DNA of 50,380 nucleotides from an uncultured Rhodospirillaceae bacterium (GTDB lineage: Bacteria > Pseudomonadota > Alphaproteobacteria > UBA2966), in contig CAYOAD010000001.1 of NCBI GenBank assembly GCA_964401845.1, positions 895 to 51,274 of the forward strand, in the 5' to 3' direction. The notes under the pieces are model-generated. The model was not told where the DNA came from. It did no database searches and was given only the letters and a program-made list of their open reading frames with translations. The position numbers and the translations under genes are program-made. Below are positions 31,020 through 40,380 of the stretch, piece by piece. Within the stretch, counting starts at the first letter, position 1, and every line of letters begins with the position of its first letter.

Positions 31020-31739
31020 TTACTCGTGCTCGTTCAGCCAGTCTTCGTAGGCTTTTAGCGTTTCCTCGTCGGGCGGATAGGTACCGATGGTCGGGTGACC
31101 GTCGGCGACGCGCAATTTGAGAAAACCCTCCATCTTCTCCTGTTCCAGGGCGGCCTCCGCGATCTCGTGGGCGATTGCGCGCGGCACCACGACCACGCCG
31201 TCCCCGTCGCCGACCACGACATCGCCGGGAAACACCGCGACACCACCGCAGGCGATGGGCCTCTGCACATCCGCACCGAAATGGTCGCCGAGACTGGGGG
31301 GTGCTGCGCTGCCCGTGCAGTAAATCGGCAGACCCGTCTTCGCCACTTCGCCGGCATCCCGCACCGGCCCGTCGGCGATCACGGCGGCCGCGCCGCGCCT
31401 CTTAAGGCGAAGCGCCAGAATGTCTCCAATCACGCCCGACGTCGTCACGCCGCGGCAATCGACCACCAGGGCCTGGCCCGGCGGAATATCCTCGATGGCT
31501 TTGCGGGGGGCGTATTCGGGATCGCCGAGGATCTCCGGATTGCTGAGGTCTTCCCGCATGGGTATGAAGCGCAGCGTATAGGCCACCGCGGCGATGCGCG
31601 GCATGTCCGCCGTCAGCGGCTTGGCGGCCGCGATGTAACAGGACCTGAGGCCGCGCTTCAACAACTGCATGGTGAGCGTCGCCGTTGAGACATGATCCAG
31701 TGCAGCCAATAGGTCTTCGGAAATCGCCGTCTCCGACAT
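31020..31739 (-). CDS. RraA-family protein / HMG-CHA aldolase-like
   Basis: STATL, AYTLRFIPMRED, GDIL, DGPVRD, GGVAVFPGDVVVGDGDGVVVVP. Confidence 0.85.
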   Translation of the reverse strand: MSETAISEDLLAALDHVSTATLTMQLLKRGLRSCYIAAAKPLTADMPRIAAVAYTLRFIPMREDLSNPEILGDPEYAPRKAIEDIPPGQALVVDCRGVTTSGVIGDILALRLKRRGAAAVIADGPVRDAGEVAKTGLPIYCTGSAAPPSLGDHFGADVQRPIACGGVAVFPGDVVVGDGDGVVVVPRAIAHEIAEAALEQEKMEGFLKLRVADGHPTIGTYPPDEETLKAYEDWLNEHE

Positions 31740-31845
31740 CGTGCCTTCCCCCGATAAATCCGCCGCCCGAGATTAGAGGTTTTCGCCCAGGCCCCGGTCA
31801 TGGATAATTCCCCCAATACTATACAAACATTTTCGGGAGGCCCAC

Positions 31846-32481
31846 ATGACCGCGACGCTCAATGTAACCATCGACGCCTGGAACGACGGCGACCGCATTC
31901 CCGGCGATTACGCGTTCTGCATTCCGGCGGATGAAGGCCATGTCAGCATGGGTGAAAACCGCAGTCCGGCCATTTCATGGAGCGGCGCCCCCGAGGGTAC
32001 CCAATCGTTCACCATCATCTGCCATGACCCGGACGTACCGTCGGTGGGCGACGACGTCAACCAAGAGGGCAAGACGGTGTCGGCTGACCTGCCGCGCGTC
32101 GATTTCTACCATTGGGTGCTGGTGGACATTGGCGCGGACGTCTCAGGCCTCGCCGCCGGCGCCGACAGCGACGCCATTACGGCGGGCGGCAAGGACGTGG
32201 GCCCCACGGCGAACGGCGTTCGCGGCCTCAACAACTACACGGACTGGTTTGCCGGCGATGCCGACATGGGCGGCGATTACGGCGGTTACGACGGCCCCTG
32301 CCCGCCCTGGAACGACGAGATCATGCACCACTACGTCTTCACCGTGTATGCCCTCGACACCGCCAGCCTCGGCCTCTCCGGCAATTTCGGCGGCCCGGAG
32401 GCGCTGGCGGCCATGGAGGGCCACATCCTTGGCCAAGGCCAGTGCGTCGGCACTTATACGTTGAACAAGGATTTGCTGTAG
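31846..32481 (+). CDS. YbhB/YbcL family PEBP (Raf kinase inhibitor-like) protein
   Basis: NRSPAISW, HDPDVP, FYHWVLVD, GYDGPCPPWND, HHYVFTVYALD. Confidence 0.92.
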   Translation: MTATLNVTIDAWNDGDRIPGDYAFCIPADEGHVSMGENRSPAISWSGAPEGTQSFTIICHDPDVPSVGDDVNQEGKTVSADLPRVDFYHWVLVDIGADVSGLAAGADSDAITAGGKDVGPTANGVRGLNNYTDWFAGDADMGGDYGGYDGPCPPWNDEIMHHYVFTVYALDTASLGLSGNFGGPEALAAMEGHILGQGQCVGTYTLNKDLL

Positions 32482-32493
32482 GGCTTGCGGGCC

Positions 32494-34308
32494 TCAACCG
32501 CCCTCGATCTCCTCACGGCGCATTTCCAGTTCCAGCCACTGTTCCTCGGCGGCGGCGAGGTCGGCCTCGGCCGATTTCAGCCCGTCGACCGCGGCCTGGA
32601 AAGCGTCGGGATCGTTGGTGAACAGATCCGCATCGGCCAGGGCAGACTGGTGGCGGGCGATATCGGCCGCCAGCGCGTCCATCCTGGCCGGCAGGGTTTC
32701 CAGAGCGTGTTTGTCCTTGAAGGTCATTTTTCCGCTGGGCTTGGCGGCTCCATTCGCCGACCTGGGAGAGGACTTGGCTCTGCCGTTTTTGGCCGGGCTC
32801 TTCGTTTCACCGCCAGGCCGGTTGCCGCGCTGGCTTAGCATGTCCGAATAACCACCGGCGTATTCCAGCCACCGTCCGTCGCCTTCCGGCGCGATCACCG
32901 ATGTGGCGACGCGGTCGAGGAAATCGCGGTCGTGGCTGACCAGCAAAACCGTACCGGGATAATCCGACAGCTGCTCCTGCAGCAAATCGAGCGTTTCGAG
33001 ATCGAGATCGTTGGTCGGCTCGTCCAGCACCAGCAGGTTGGAGGGTTGGGCCAGGCCACGGGCCAGCATCAGGCGCCCGCGCTCGCCACCCGAAAGCGCC
33101 GTGATGACGGTACCGGCCTGTTCCGGCGCGAAGAGGAAATCCTTCATGTAGCTCATGACGTGCTTGTGCGTGCCACCGACCGACACCTGATCGCCGCCGC
33201 CCCGCGTCAGCGCCTCCTGCAGCGTCCAGGCGGGATCGAGGCTTTCGCGCCTTTGATCCAGCACCGCCAGTTCAAGATTTGCGCCTTGTTTGATGCTACC
33301 GCCGTCCGGCGCCAGCGCCCCGGTCAGCAAGTTGACCAACGTGGTCTTGCCGACACCGTTCGGCCCGACGATGCCGAGCCGGTCACCGCGCCGCACGCGC
33401 AGGGACAAGTCCCGAACGATTGCGCGGCGGTCGTAGGACTTCGAAACGTTTTTCGCCTCGATAACGATCTTGCCGGAAAGACCGCTTTCCGTGGTCGTCA
33501 TGCGGACATTGCCGGTCACCTGGCGCTGTTCCCGCCGCTCCTGCCGCAGGGCCTGAAGTTTGCGCAGGCGGCCCTGGTTGCGCTTGCGCCGCGCCGTCAC
33601 GCCGTAGGTGATCCAGTGCTCCTCGCGCACGATTTTGCGGTCGAGCTTGTGGCGCTCCAACTCCTCCTGGGCCAGCACTTCGTCGCGCCAGGCCTCGAAC
33701 TTACCGAAACCCTGGTCGAGGCGGCGCGAGGTCCCCCGGTCCAGCCACACCGTCGCGCCCGACAGGGTTTCCAGGAAACGCCGGTCATGGCTGATCAGGA
33801 TCAGGGCCGAGCGCGACGCACGAAGTTCCTGCTCCAGCCATTCGATGGCCGGCAGGTCGAGATGGTTTGTCGGTTCGTCCAGCCGGAGAATATCGGGCGC
33901 CGGGGCCATGGCCCGGGCCAGCGCCGCCCGGCGGGCCTCGCCGCCGGATATCGTCGCGGGATCCTCGGTCCCGCTCAGCCCGAGCTTTTCCAGGAGATGA
34001 ATGCCCCGGTAGAGGTCGTCCCCCGGCGCCAGTCCGGCGTTCACGTAATCCCCGACCGTGGCAAAGCCGTCGAGATCCGGTTCCTGCGCGAGGTAGCGCA
34101 CCGTCTTACCCGGTTGCAGGAAGCGCTCGCCCCCGTCGGCTTCGATCAGACCGGCAGCGACCTTGAGGAGCGTCGATTTGCCCGAACCGTTGCGGCCCAC
34201 CAGGCAAAGGCGTTCGCCCTCCGACAGCGATAGCTCGGCCCCTTCGAGCAGCGCCTCGCCGCCAAAGCCGAGATGGATATCCCGCAAAATGAGGATGGGT
34301 GGCGCCAT
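32494..34308 (-). CDS. uup: ABC-F family ATPase Uup
   Basis: Two ABC domains (GRNGSGKST, GPNGVGKTT), linker GVTARRKRNQGR, C-terminal coiled coil ending EEQWLELE. Confidence 0.93.
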   Translation of the reverse strand: MAPPILILRDIHLGFGGEALLEGAELSLSEGERLCLVGRNGSGKSTLLKVAAGLIEADGGERFLQPGKTVRYLAQEPDLDGFATVGDYVNAGLAPGDDLYRGIHLLEKLGLSGTEDPATISGGEARRAALARAMAPAPDILRLDEPTNHLDLPAIEWLEQELRASRSALILISHDRRFLETLSGATVWLDRGTSRRLDQGFGKFEAWRDEVLAQEELERHKLDRKIVREEHWITYGVTARRKRNQGRLRKLQALRQERREQRQVTGNVRMTTTESGLSGKIVIEAKNVSKSYDRRAIVRDLSLRVRRGDRLGIVGPNGVGKTTLVNLLTGALAPDGGSIKQGANLELAVLDQRRESLDPAWTLQEALTRGGGDQVSVGGTHKHVMSYMKDFLFAPEQAGTVITALSGGERGRLMLARGLAQPSNLLVLDEPTNDLDLETLDLLQEQLSDYPGTVLLVSHDRDFLDRVATSVIAPEGDGRWLEYAGGYSDMLSQRGNRPGGETKSPAKNGRAKSSPRSANGAAKPSGKMTFKDKHALETLPARMDALAADIARHQSALADADLFTNDPDAFQAAVDGLKSAEADLAAAEEQWLELEMRREEIEGG

Positions 34309-34317
34309 GGTCGCGAA

Positions 34318-35544
34318 CTAATGCAAGCGTCGCTCGGCGTGGCGGGCGAAGTGACGGCCCAGCGGCGGCGAGATCAACCCGGCGAAACTGCAAACGACGA
34401 TGACGACGATCAGGGGGATCGGCGAATCGACATAGTAGGCAAGCAGCGCACTGGCAACCGTCGAGCTGACGGCGCCGAACCCCATCTGCATGGATCCCGC
34501 CAAACCCGCCGCGGCGCCGATGCGCTGGGGATCGGCGCCAACGGCCTCGGCCGTGCCGGAGGAGATGCAAAATCCGTTACCGAGCGCGATGATCGACATC
34601 GTGACGATGAACTCCACCACCGTGAACTCCGTCAGCAATGCGGCTGCCAGCATCGCCAGCGAACCGAACATGGCAATCATCGTACCGGTCTGTATCATTC
34701 TCGGCGCGCCGAACTTCCGCGCCAGGCGGGCGGTCCCGAAGTTGCCGATAATGTACAAAACCGAAACAACGGCGAAAAACATGCCGAGCTCCGCCGGCGA
34801 ATGTCCCATAAGGTCGCGGATGATAAACGGCGAGTTTCCCAGGAAGGCGAAGTACGCCGCGGTATTGAAGCTCAGCTGCAGGGCGTAGCCGTCAAACAAC
34901 GGGTTCTTGAGAAGCACCCCGAACGATCTGAAAAGGCGGGCAAACTCAACGTCGTGGCGCTTCTCCGGCGGCAAGGTTTCATGGGACGCCACCAGGGCAT
35001 AAACCAAAATCATGCCGCTCATCGCCAGAACGAAAACGAAGCCCGCCGACCAATTGAACCATTCCTCAAGATAACCGCCGATCAGGGGCGCCAGCGTCGG
35101 CGCAACCACCGCCGCCATTGTGAGATAGGCGATTGCCGCCGCCGCCCGATCTGCGTCGAACATGTCGCGCACCATGGCCCGGCCCATGACCATGCCGGCG
35201 CAACCGCCGACGGCCTGGATGATCCGACCGACAATCATGACTTCGATGGTCGTCGCCAGCAGGCAGACGACAGTGCCAGCGATCAGGATCAGTGTCCCGC
35301 CCAGCACCATCGGCCGCCGCCCGTAGCGGTCGGAGATGGGACCGTAGACGAGCTGCGCCAGCGCAATGCCGACGAGAAACAGGGACAGCGTCAGTTGCAC
35401 CGTCGCCTTATCCGCGCTGAAGGATTTCTCCAACGCCGGCAGCGAAGGCAAAATCATGTTCATTGCCAACGTACCGCCCATCGATATGGCGACGAGGATG
35501 GCGAGCGTCGGGCGGCGCGTGAGAGGGGTGGCTGCTGTCGTCAT
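34318..35544 (-). CDS. Bcr/CflA family multidrug efflux MFS transporter
   Basis: MILPSLP, GPISDRYGRRP (motif A), GRIIQAVGG, MVRD, APLIGG, ETL. Confidence 0.9.
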   Translation of the reverse strand: MTTAATPLTRRPTLAILVAISMGGTLAMNMILPSLPALEKSFSADKATVQLTLSLFLVGIALAQLVYGPISDRYGRRPMVLGGTLILIAGTVVCLLATTIEVMIVGRIIQAVGGCAGMVMGRAMVRDMFDADRAAAAIAYLTMAAVVAPTLAPLIGGYLEEWFNWSAGFVFVLAMSGMILVYALVASHETLPPEKRHDVEFARLFRSFGVLLKNPLFDGYALQLSFNTAAYFAFLGNSPFIIRDLMGHSPAELGMFFAVVSVLYIIGNFGTARLARKFGAPRMIQTGTMIAMFGSLAMLAAALLTEFTVVEFIVTMSIIALGNGFCISSGTAEAVGADPQRIGAAAGLAGSMQMGFGAVSSTVASALLAYYVDSPIPLIVVIVVCSFAGLISPPLGRHFARHAERRLH

Positions 35545-35599
35545 GGGGTCCGAAAATTTCAAAAGCGACTATGACCAAACGATCCCGTTGGGGGAATTA

Positions 35600-36865
35600 C
35601 TAATCTGGGTGGGGGCGGAGGAATGAGCGGCGGACGAAAACCGCCAACCCGGTTGCCGCCATAGTATAGAGGAAAAATGCCATCGCCATGGGTTCGATTT
35701 CGATACCGCCATCCAACAGGACGCCCATGATGACGGGCGACAGAGCGCTCGAAAGCACCATCAGAGCGGTGGCCAGGGCGCGGATGGAGCCGAGATGCCG
35801 CGTGCCATACGCGTCGGCCCAGAAGGCGCCGAAAAAGGTGCTGATCATGCCCGCCGTAAGACCGGCCAATATCATGTAGCCCCAGGCCGCAAGTAAGCTG
35901 TCCGTGACCGCCATCAGGAGACATCCCAGACCCAAAGGCGGCAGTAGCCAGGGAATTGAGCGGGGGGCGCCGACCTTATCGATGTAGGCGCCGAAGGCCA
36001 GGCCTGCGAGCACGCTGGCGGTGGCAAAGGCGGCATAGGCGGCGGCCCAGACTTCCAGTTGCCAACCTTTTGCCGCAACGATGACGATCTGATGAAAAAA
36101 GATGCCGGTAAATATGAACGACGGGGCAAGCGTCACCGGCAGAAGAAGGTAGAACCGGTAATCACCGAGGACCTGCTTCCGCGTCCAATGAACGCGCATT
36201 GCCGGGCTCTCGCCGGGCTCGGTTTCAATCAGCTTCCCCGCCCCCGCCAGATAGCGGGCGTGCCGTTCGCCGTGGCCCTTCAGGAGCCAAAGGCAAACCG
36301 GCAAAAGGATAAACAGGAGAAAAGCCGCAAAGGCCATCCAACTCTGCCGCCAGCCGAGCACGGCCAGAATCGCAACGCCGAGAATGGGAAAACAGGCTTC
36401 GGCGAGCGGAAAGCCCAGGCCCGCCGTCGCCACCGCCTTGCCCCGATCAAATTCGTGGTATCGCGCTTGGCTGGTCATGCAGGTGTGGGTCATCAAACCC
36501 TGGCCGGTCTGGCGCAGGAGGAATATGGCAACCACCAGCATGAGAAAGTTCTGGCTGAAGGCCATCACGAGACACGCGGCGCTAAACACGACGATGAGCC
36601 CCTTGGTCCAGGAGCGAAGATCGACACGGTCGATCCAGTGGCCGGACCAGGTGAGCACGAGAGCGCTGGAAAGAGTGCCGATGGAGTAGGCCGCGCCAAA
36701 TCCCGCGTTGTTGAGATCGAGCGCCGCTCTCACGTCGGCGGAAAAAAGTGAGATGAAGAATGTCTGTCCGAAGCTGGAACTGAAACTCGCCAGGAACCCG
36801 AACGCAAGCAATCGGGGGTCGGCTTTTAGGTAATCGAGAATCCTGGGCAACCTGATGACGGGCAA
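35600..36865 (-). CDS. MFS transporter
   Basis: About 12 hydrophobic segments; SSFGQTFFISLF, GHWIDR, YGTRHLGSIR; TTG start preceded by AGAGAGG. Confidence 0.88.
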   Translation of the reverse strand: MPVIRLPRILDYLKADPRLLAFGFLASFSSSFGQTFFISLFSADVRAALDLNNAGFGAAYSIGTLSSALVLTWSGHWIDRVDLRSWTKGLIVVFSAACLVMAFSQNFLMLVVAIFLLRQTGQGLMTHTCMTSQARYHEFDRGKAVATAGLGFPLAEACFPILGVAILAVLGWRQSWMAFAAFLLFILLPVCLWLLKGHGERHARYLAGAGKLIETEPGESPAMRVHWTRKQVLGDYRFYLLLPVTLAPSFIFTGIFFHQIVIVAAKGWQLEVWAAAYAAFATASVLAGLAFGAYIDKVGAPRSIPWLLPPLGLGCLLMAVTDSLLAAWGYMILAGLTAGMISTFFGAFWADAYGTRHLGSIRALATALMVLSSALSPVIMGVLLDGGIEIEPMAMAFFLYTMAATGLAVFVRRSFLRPHPD

Positions 36866-37083
36866 GAAGCCTCTCTTTGACGGGGACTACGAGACGCGTA
36901 AAAACGCCTTGGGACGTCACGCATATCTATGCGATGGCGCACGATTTGTCATCAAACCAATATTTGGACAACCCTCGAAACGTTCCAAACCTGCGGCCAC
37001 GTGTCACATGGCGAGGGGCCCCGCCGTCCTTAGTATGTCGTCAACAAAAGCTGTCAGGGCGATTGAGGGCGAGGGGATTGACG

Positions 37084-37509
37084 ATGAATCTCGGCGAAAT
37101 TATTAGGCGCAAGAAGGGCGAAATCGCCACCACCGATCGCCAAACGACGCTGCGTGACGCCGCCGCCATGCTTGCCCGCCAGGGCATCGGCGTATTGGTC
37201 GTGACGGACGAAGATGACCGCATAATCGGTATTCTGTCGGAGCGCGATATCACGCGCGCCGTGAGCGACCACCTGCCCCAATTTGTGTCCCTTACCGTCG
37301 GCGAACAGATGTCGACGGAGGTCGTCGTCTGCGAAATCACCGAAGAGCCCTCCACCGCCATCTGGCTCATGGCGGAATACGGCATTCGCCACTTGCCCAT
37401 CACGCGCCACGGCAAACTGGAGGGTATCGTCAGCAGCCGCGACGTCCTGCGCCTTATGTCTGACCTGCCCGACGACAGCAAGCTCTCCCTCTGGCGAGAC
37501 GTTGCCTGA
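37084..37509 (+). CDS. CBS domain pair protein
   Basis: IGVLVV..GILSERDI and IRHLPI...GIVSSRD; purine-rich RBS (GAGGGG) before ATG 37084. Confidence 0.88.
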   Translation: MNLGEIIRRKKGEIATTDRQTTLRDAAAMLARQGIGVLVVTDEDDRIIGILSERDITRAVSDHLPQFVSLTVGEQMSTEVVVCEITEEPSTAIWLMAEYGIRHLPITRHGKLEGIVSSRDVLRLMSDLPDDSKLSLWRDVA

Positions 37510-37588
37510 TCAACGGCGGACCGTGATGGCGTTTCACCGCCCCAGACGGTAAACAGGTTGGGATGTTCCTCGATCCGGCCCCGTCCCT

Positions 37589-38470
37589 TTGACTTCACAC
37601 GATAAACACTCTGGCGCCGCCAGCCGCCTCGGTATCGCCTTCATGATCCTCGGCATGGCGTTGTTCACCATCAACGACGCCCTGGGCAAGTGGATGGTGC
37701 AGGACTATGCCGTGGGCCAGCTCCTGGCGCTGCGCAGCCTGGCGGCCCTGGCCGTCTTGGCGCCCCTGATCTGGCGGCGGCCTGATATCTGGCGTAAACG
37801 TCCCGAGCAACCGGTCCGGCACATCGTGAGGGTCGTGCTGGTCATCGCCGAGGTTTCATTTTTTTACTGGGCCGTTCAGTTCCTCCCCTTGGCGGAAACC
37901 TTCATGTTCTACCTGGCGGCGCCGATTTTCGTCACCGCCCTGTCGGTGCCCTTGCTGGGTGAAAAAGTCGGCGTTCACCGCTGGGGTGCCATCATCGTCG
38001 GTTTCGGCGGTGTCGTTCTCATCCTCGACCCGGGAGCGGCTTCGTTTTCCACTCCGGCCCTGATCGCCCTCGCCGGCAGCCTCTCGCTGGCGCTCATGCT
38101 GATCCTGGCGCGTACCTTGAAAGGATCCGATGGGCTGACCCTCACGGCCTACCAGTCGGTCGGGGTCGCGATCGCGGGCGGGCTTTCATTGCCCTTCGTC
38201 TGGGTGACGCCCAGTCTTTTGGATTTTGCCCTGCTTTGCCTCCTCGGCGTCGGCGCCACGTTCGGACACTTCTGCCTCAACCACGCCATGAAGCTCAGCG
38301 AAGCGGCGCTAGTGGCGCCCTTCCAGTATACCTCCCTGATCTGGGCGCTGATCCTCGGCTACATCGTTTGGGGCGACCTGCCGGCCCTGCGCTCATGGGC
38401 CGGCGCCGCCGTCGTCGTTGCCGGCGGGCTTTACATATTCGTGCGCGAAAGACGCCCCTCTACGGGCTGA
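37589..38470 (+). CDS. DMT/EamA family transporter
   Basis: About 10 TM segments; LPLAE, APIFVTALSVPLLGEKVG..RW, APFQYTSLIW. Confidence 0.9.
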   Translation: MTSHDKHSGAASRLGIAFMILGMALFTINDALGKWMVQDYAVGQLLALRSLAALAVLAPLIWRRPDIWRKRPEQPVRHIVRVVLVIAEVSFFYWAVQFLPLAETFMFYLAAPIFVTALSVPLLGEKVGVHRWGAIIVGFGGVVLILDPGAASFSTPALIALAGSLSLALMLILARTLKGSDGLTLTAYQSVGVAIAGGLSLPFVWVTPSLLDFALLCLLGVGATFGHFCLNHAMKLSEAALVAPFQYTSLIWALILGYIVWGDLPALRSWAGAAVVVAGGLYIFVRERRPSTG

Positions 38471-39842
38471 CGATATCCAGTTCCGAAAGGTCGACGGACT
38501 TCACCGTAGCGCGGTCGAACTCGGGCGTGAAGGGATACGGTCGCGTGGCGTCGAAGCCGATCTTGGTGCCGAAATAGTCGGGGAACGTCGGATTGAGCCC
38601 ATGACCGAAGACATTTTCGATCTTTAGAACTCCGCCGGCGGCATCCAGCCGGGTGATCATCGCCCATTCGACGTCCGAGGGATCGCGGATATCGACGTCG
38701 TCATCCACTACGGTGACCATCTTCAGCGGCGCAAATGCGGCGAACGCCGCCATGATGGCCTGTTTGCCCCAGCCCGCGCGCACCTGCTTGATCTGCACGA
38801 CGGCATGGTAAAAGCCGCAGCCGCCGTGGCTGAAATAAACGTCCGTCACGCCGGGCACCTGTTTGCGCAGCAGGTTGAGGACGTTGGCTTCTCCCAACAA
38901 CCCCACCGAATTGAACACCTCGGAACCGGACAGGATGGAATGAAACACCGGATCTTTGCGCCGGTGGACTTTGAGGACGCGGACCTTGGGCCGCTTGTCC
39001 TTGCGCGCGTAGTAGCCGGTAACTTCGGCGAAGGGACCTTCATTGAGGGTTTCGCCGGGTATGATCTCGCACTCCAGGGCGTACATGGCGTTGGCCACCA
39101 TCTCGACATCCGATTTGGTGCCGGCCACCAGTTCCAGCGGCGCGCCGTGGATTTCGCTGGCAATGCCCAGTTCGTCACGGTCAACGGGCGCGGCTTCGGC
39201 CGGCGCCGCCGCGGCAAAGTGCAGACCCGGCCCGACGCCGGCATTGATGGTCAGCGGCAGTGGCTTTTTCAGCCTGGCCGCCTTTTCAAGGTAAAGCTCC
39301 AGATGGCGACCGGCGTCGATGTTGACCGAGAGCGTATTTTTGTTGACCACCTGGAAACGTTGAATGGAGGCATTGCGCACCCCAGTCTCCGGATCCTTTG
39401 CGATCACCACGGCGGCATCGAAATAGGGGCCGGCGTCCTTCATGGCGTGGGTCGGCACCGGCAGTTTTTGGACGTTCACCGTGCGCTCCGTAACCTCAAG
39501 CACGGGGCCCGTCTTGACCACGACCGGATCCACCGGATTGGCCTGCCAGTTGCCGATGCAGTCCGAGATATGCTGCGGCAGATCCGCGGCGTCGCGCGAA
39601 AATATGTCGCCCAGCAGGTCGCGTGACCAGTACAGCCCCATGAACACCGGATGGCCGTAGCCCTTGACGTTCTCGAACAAAACGGCGCTGGGGCCGCCTT
39701 CGAACTTCGCGGCGATGCCCGCCAGATCGAGCTTGGGGTCGACTTCCGATTTGACGCGGACCAGCCGCCCCCGGTTGTCCAACTCCTCGATGATGGAGCC
39801 CAGGTCGGCGATCAGAGCCGGACCGATATTCGATTTGGCCAT
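38460..39842 (-). CDS. UbiD-family prFMN-dependent (de)carboxylase, non-ubiquinone type
   Basis: EVDPKLDL, AVLFENVKG, PTH..DAGPY, RNASIQR (catalytic Arg), EGPFAE (catalytic Glu pair), VVDDDVDI, KIGFDAT. Confidence 0.92.
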   Translation of the reverse strand: MAKSNIGPALIADLGSIIEELDNRGRLVRVKSEVDPKLDLAGIAAKFEGGPSAVLFENVKGYGHPVFMGLYWSRDLLGDIFSRDAADLPQHISDCIGNWQANPVDPVVVKTGPVLEVTERTVNVQKLPVPTHAMKDAGPYFDAAVVIAKDPETGVRNASIQRFQVVNKNTLSVNIDAGRHLELYLEKAARLKKPLPLTINAGVGPGLHFAAAAPAEAAPVDRDELGIASEIHGAPLELVAGTKSDVEMVANAMYALECEIIPGETLNEGPFAEVTGYYARKDKRPKVRVLKVHRRKDPVFHSILSGSEVFNSVGLLGEANVLNLLRKQVPGVTDVYFSHGGCGFYHAVVQIKQVRAGWGKQAIMAAFAAFAPLKMVTVVDDDVDIRDPSDVEWAMITRLDAAGGVLKIENVFGHGLNPTFPDYFGTKIGFDATRPYPFTPEFDRATVKSVDLSELDIVSP

Positions 39843-39929
39843 GGCGATTTTCCCGTTTCGTCGGTTTTGTTGTTGGCGAAATCTTAGCCGCTTCAGCCGC
39901 CGCCGGTGGTGAAATTTTAACTCCGCCCC

Positions 39930-39958
39930 TTGAAGTTAATATTAGCAATTACTAATAT
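39930..39958 (+). promoter_or_regulatory. Sigma70 promoter overlapped by a 20-bp palindromic operator
   Basis: TTGAAG-N17-TAATAT; ATATTAGCAA|TTACTAATAT (39939-39958, one mismatch) covers part of the spacer and the -10. Confidence 0.65.
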
Positions 39959-39991
39959 ATAGAGAACGGAATTCACAGTTGGACCGAACTC

Positions 39992-40378
39992 ATGACCTAT
40001 CACTTCAGCAAGACCGTTGACGGCGGTTTCGACGAAACCATAGACCATGTCACTGAAAGCCTAAAATCCAAGGGCTTTGGTGTCCTGACACGCATTGACG
40101 TGGATAAGACCCTGAAAGAGAAGATCGGCGCCGATTTCCATCCCTACACCATTCTCGGCGCCTGCAACCCCCACTTCGCCCACAAGGCGCTGCAAGCCGA
40201 GAACAAGATCGGCACCATGCTGCCGTGCAATGTTATCGTGCAGTCGAACGGCAACGGACAGACCGAGGTTTCGGCTGTCGATCCCATGGCCTCCATGCAG
40301 GCCATCGAAAATCCGTCGTTGGCAGACATCGCGGGCGAAGTCCGCGAACTGCTGCAAACGGCAATCGAGGAGTTGTAG
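39992..40378 (+). CDS. DUF302 domain protein
   Basis: GFGVLTRID, YTILGACNP..A, IGTMLPCNVIV, VSAVDP. Confidence 0.92.
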   Translation: MTYHFSKTVDGGFDETIDHVTESLKSKGFGVLTRIDVDKTLKEKIGADFHPYTILGACNPHFAHKALQAENKIGTMLPCNVIVQSNGNGQTEVSAVDPMASMQAIENPSLADIAGEVRELLQTAIEEL

Positions 40379-40380
40379 CC

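Noticed and set aside
36941-36960. Possible FNR/FixK box upstream of the CBS gene
   Set aside because: Only the ATCAA half-site is present; the left half does not match TTGAT at the right spacing.
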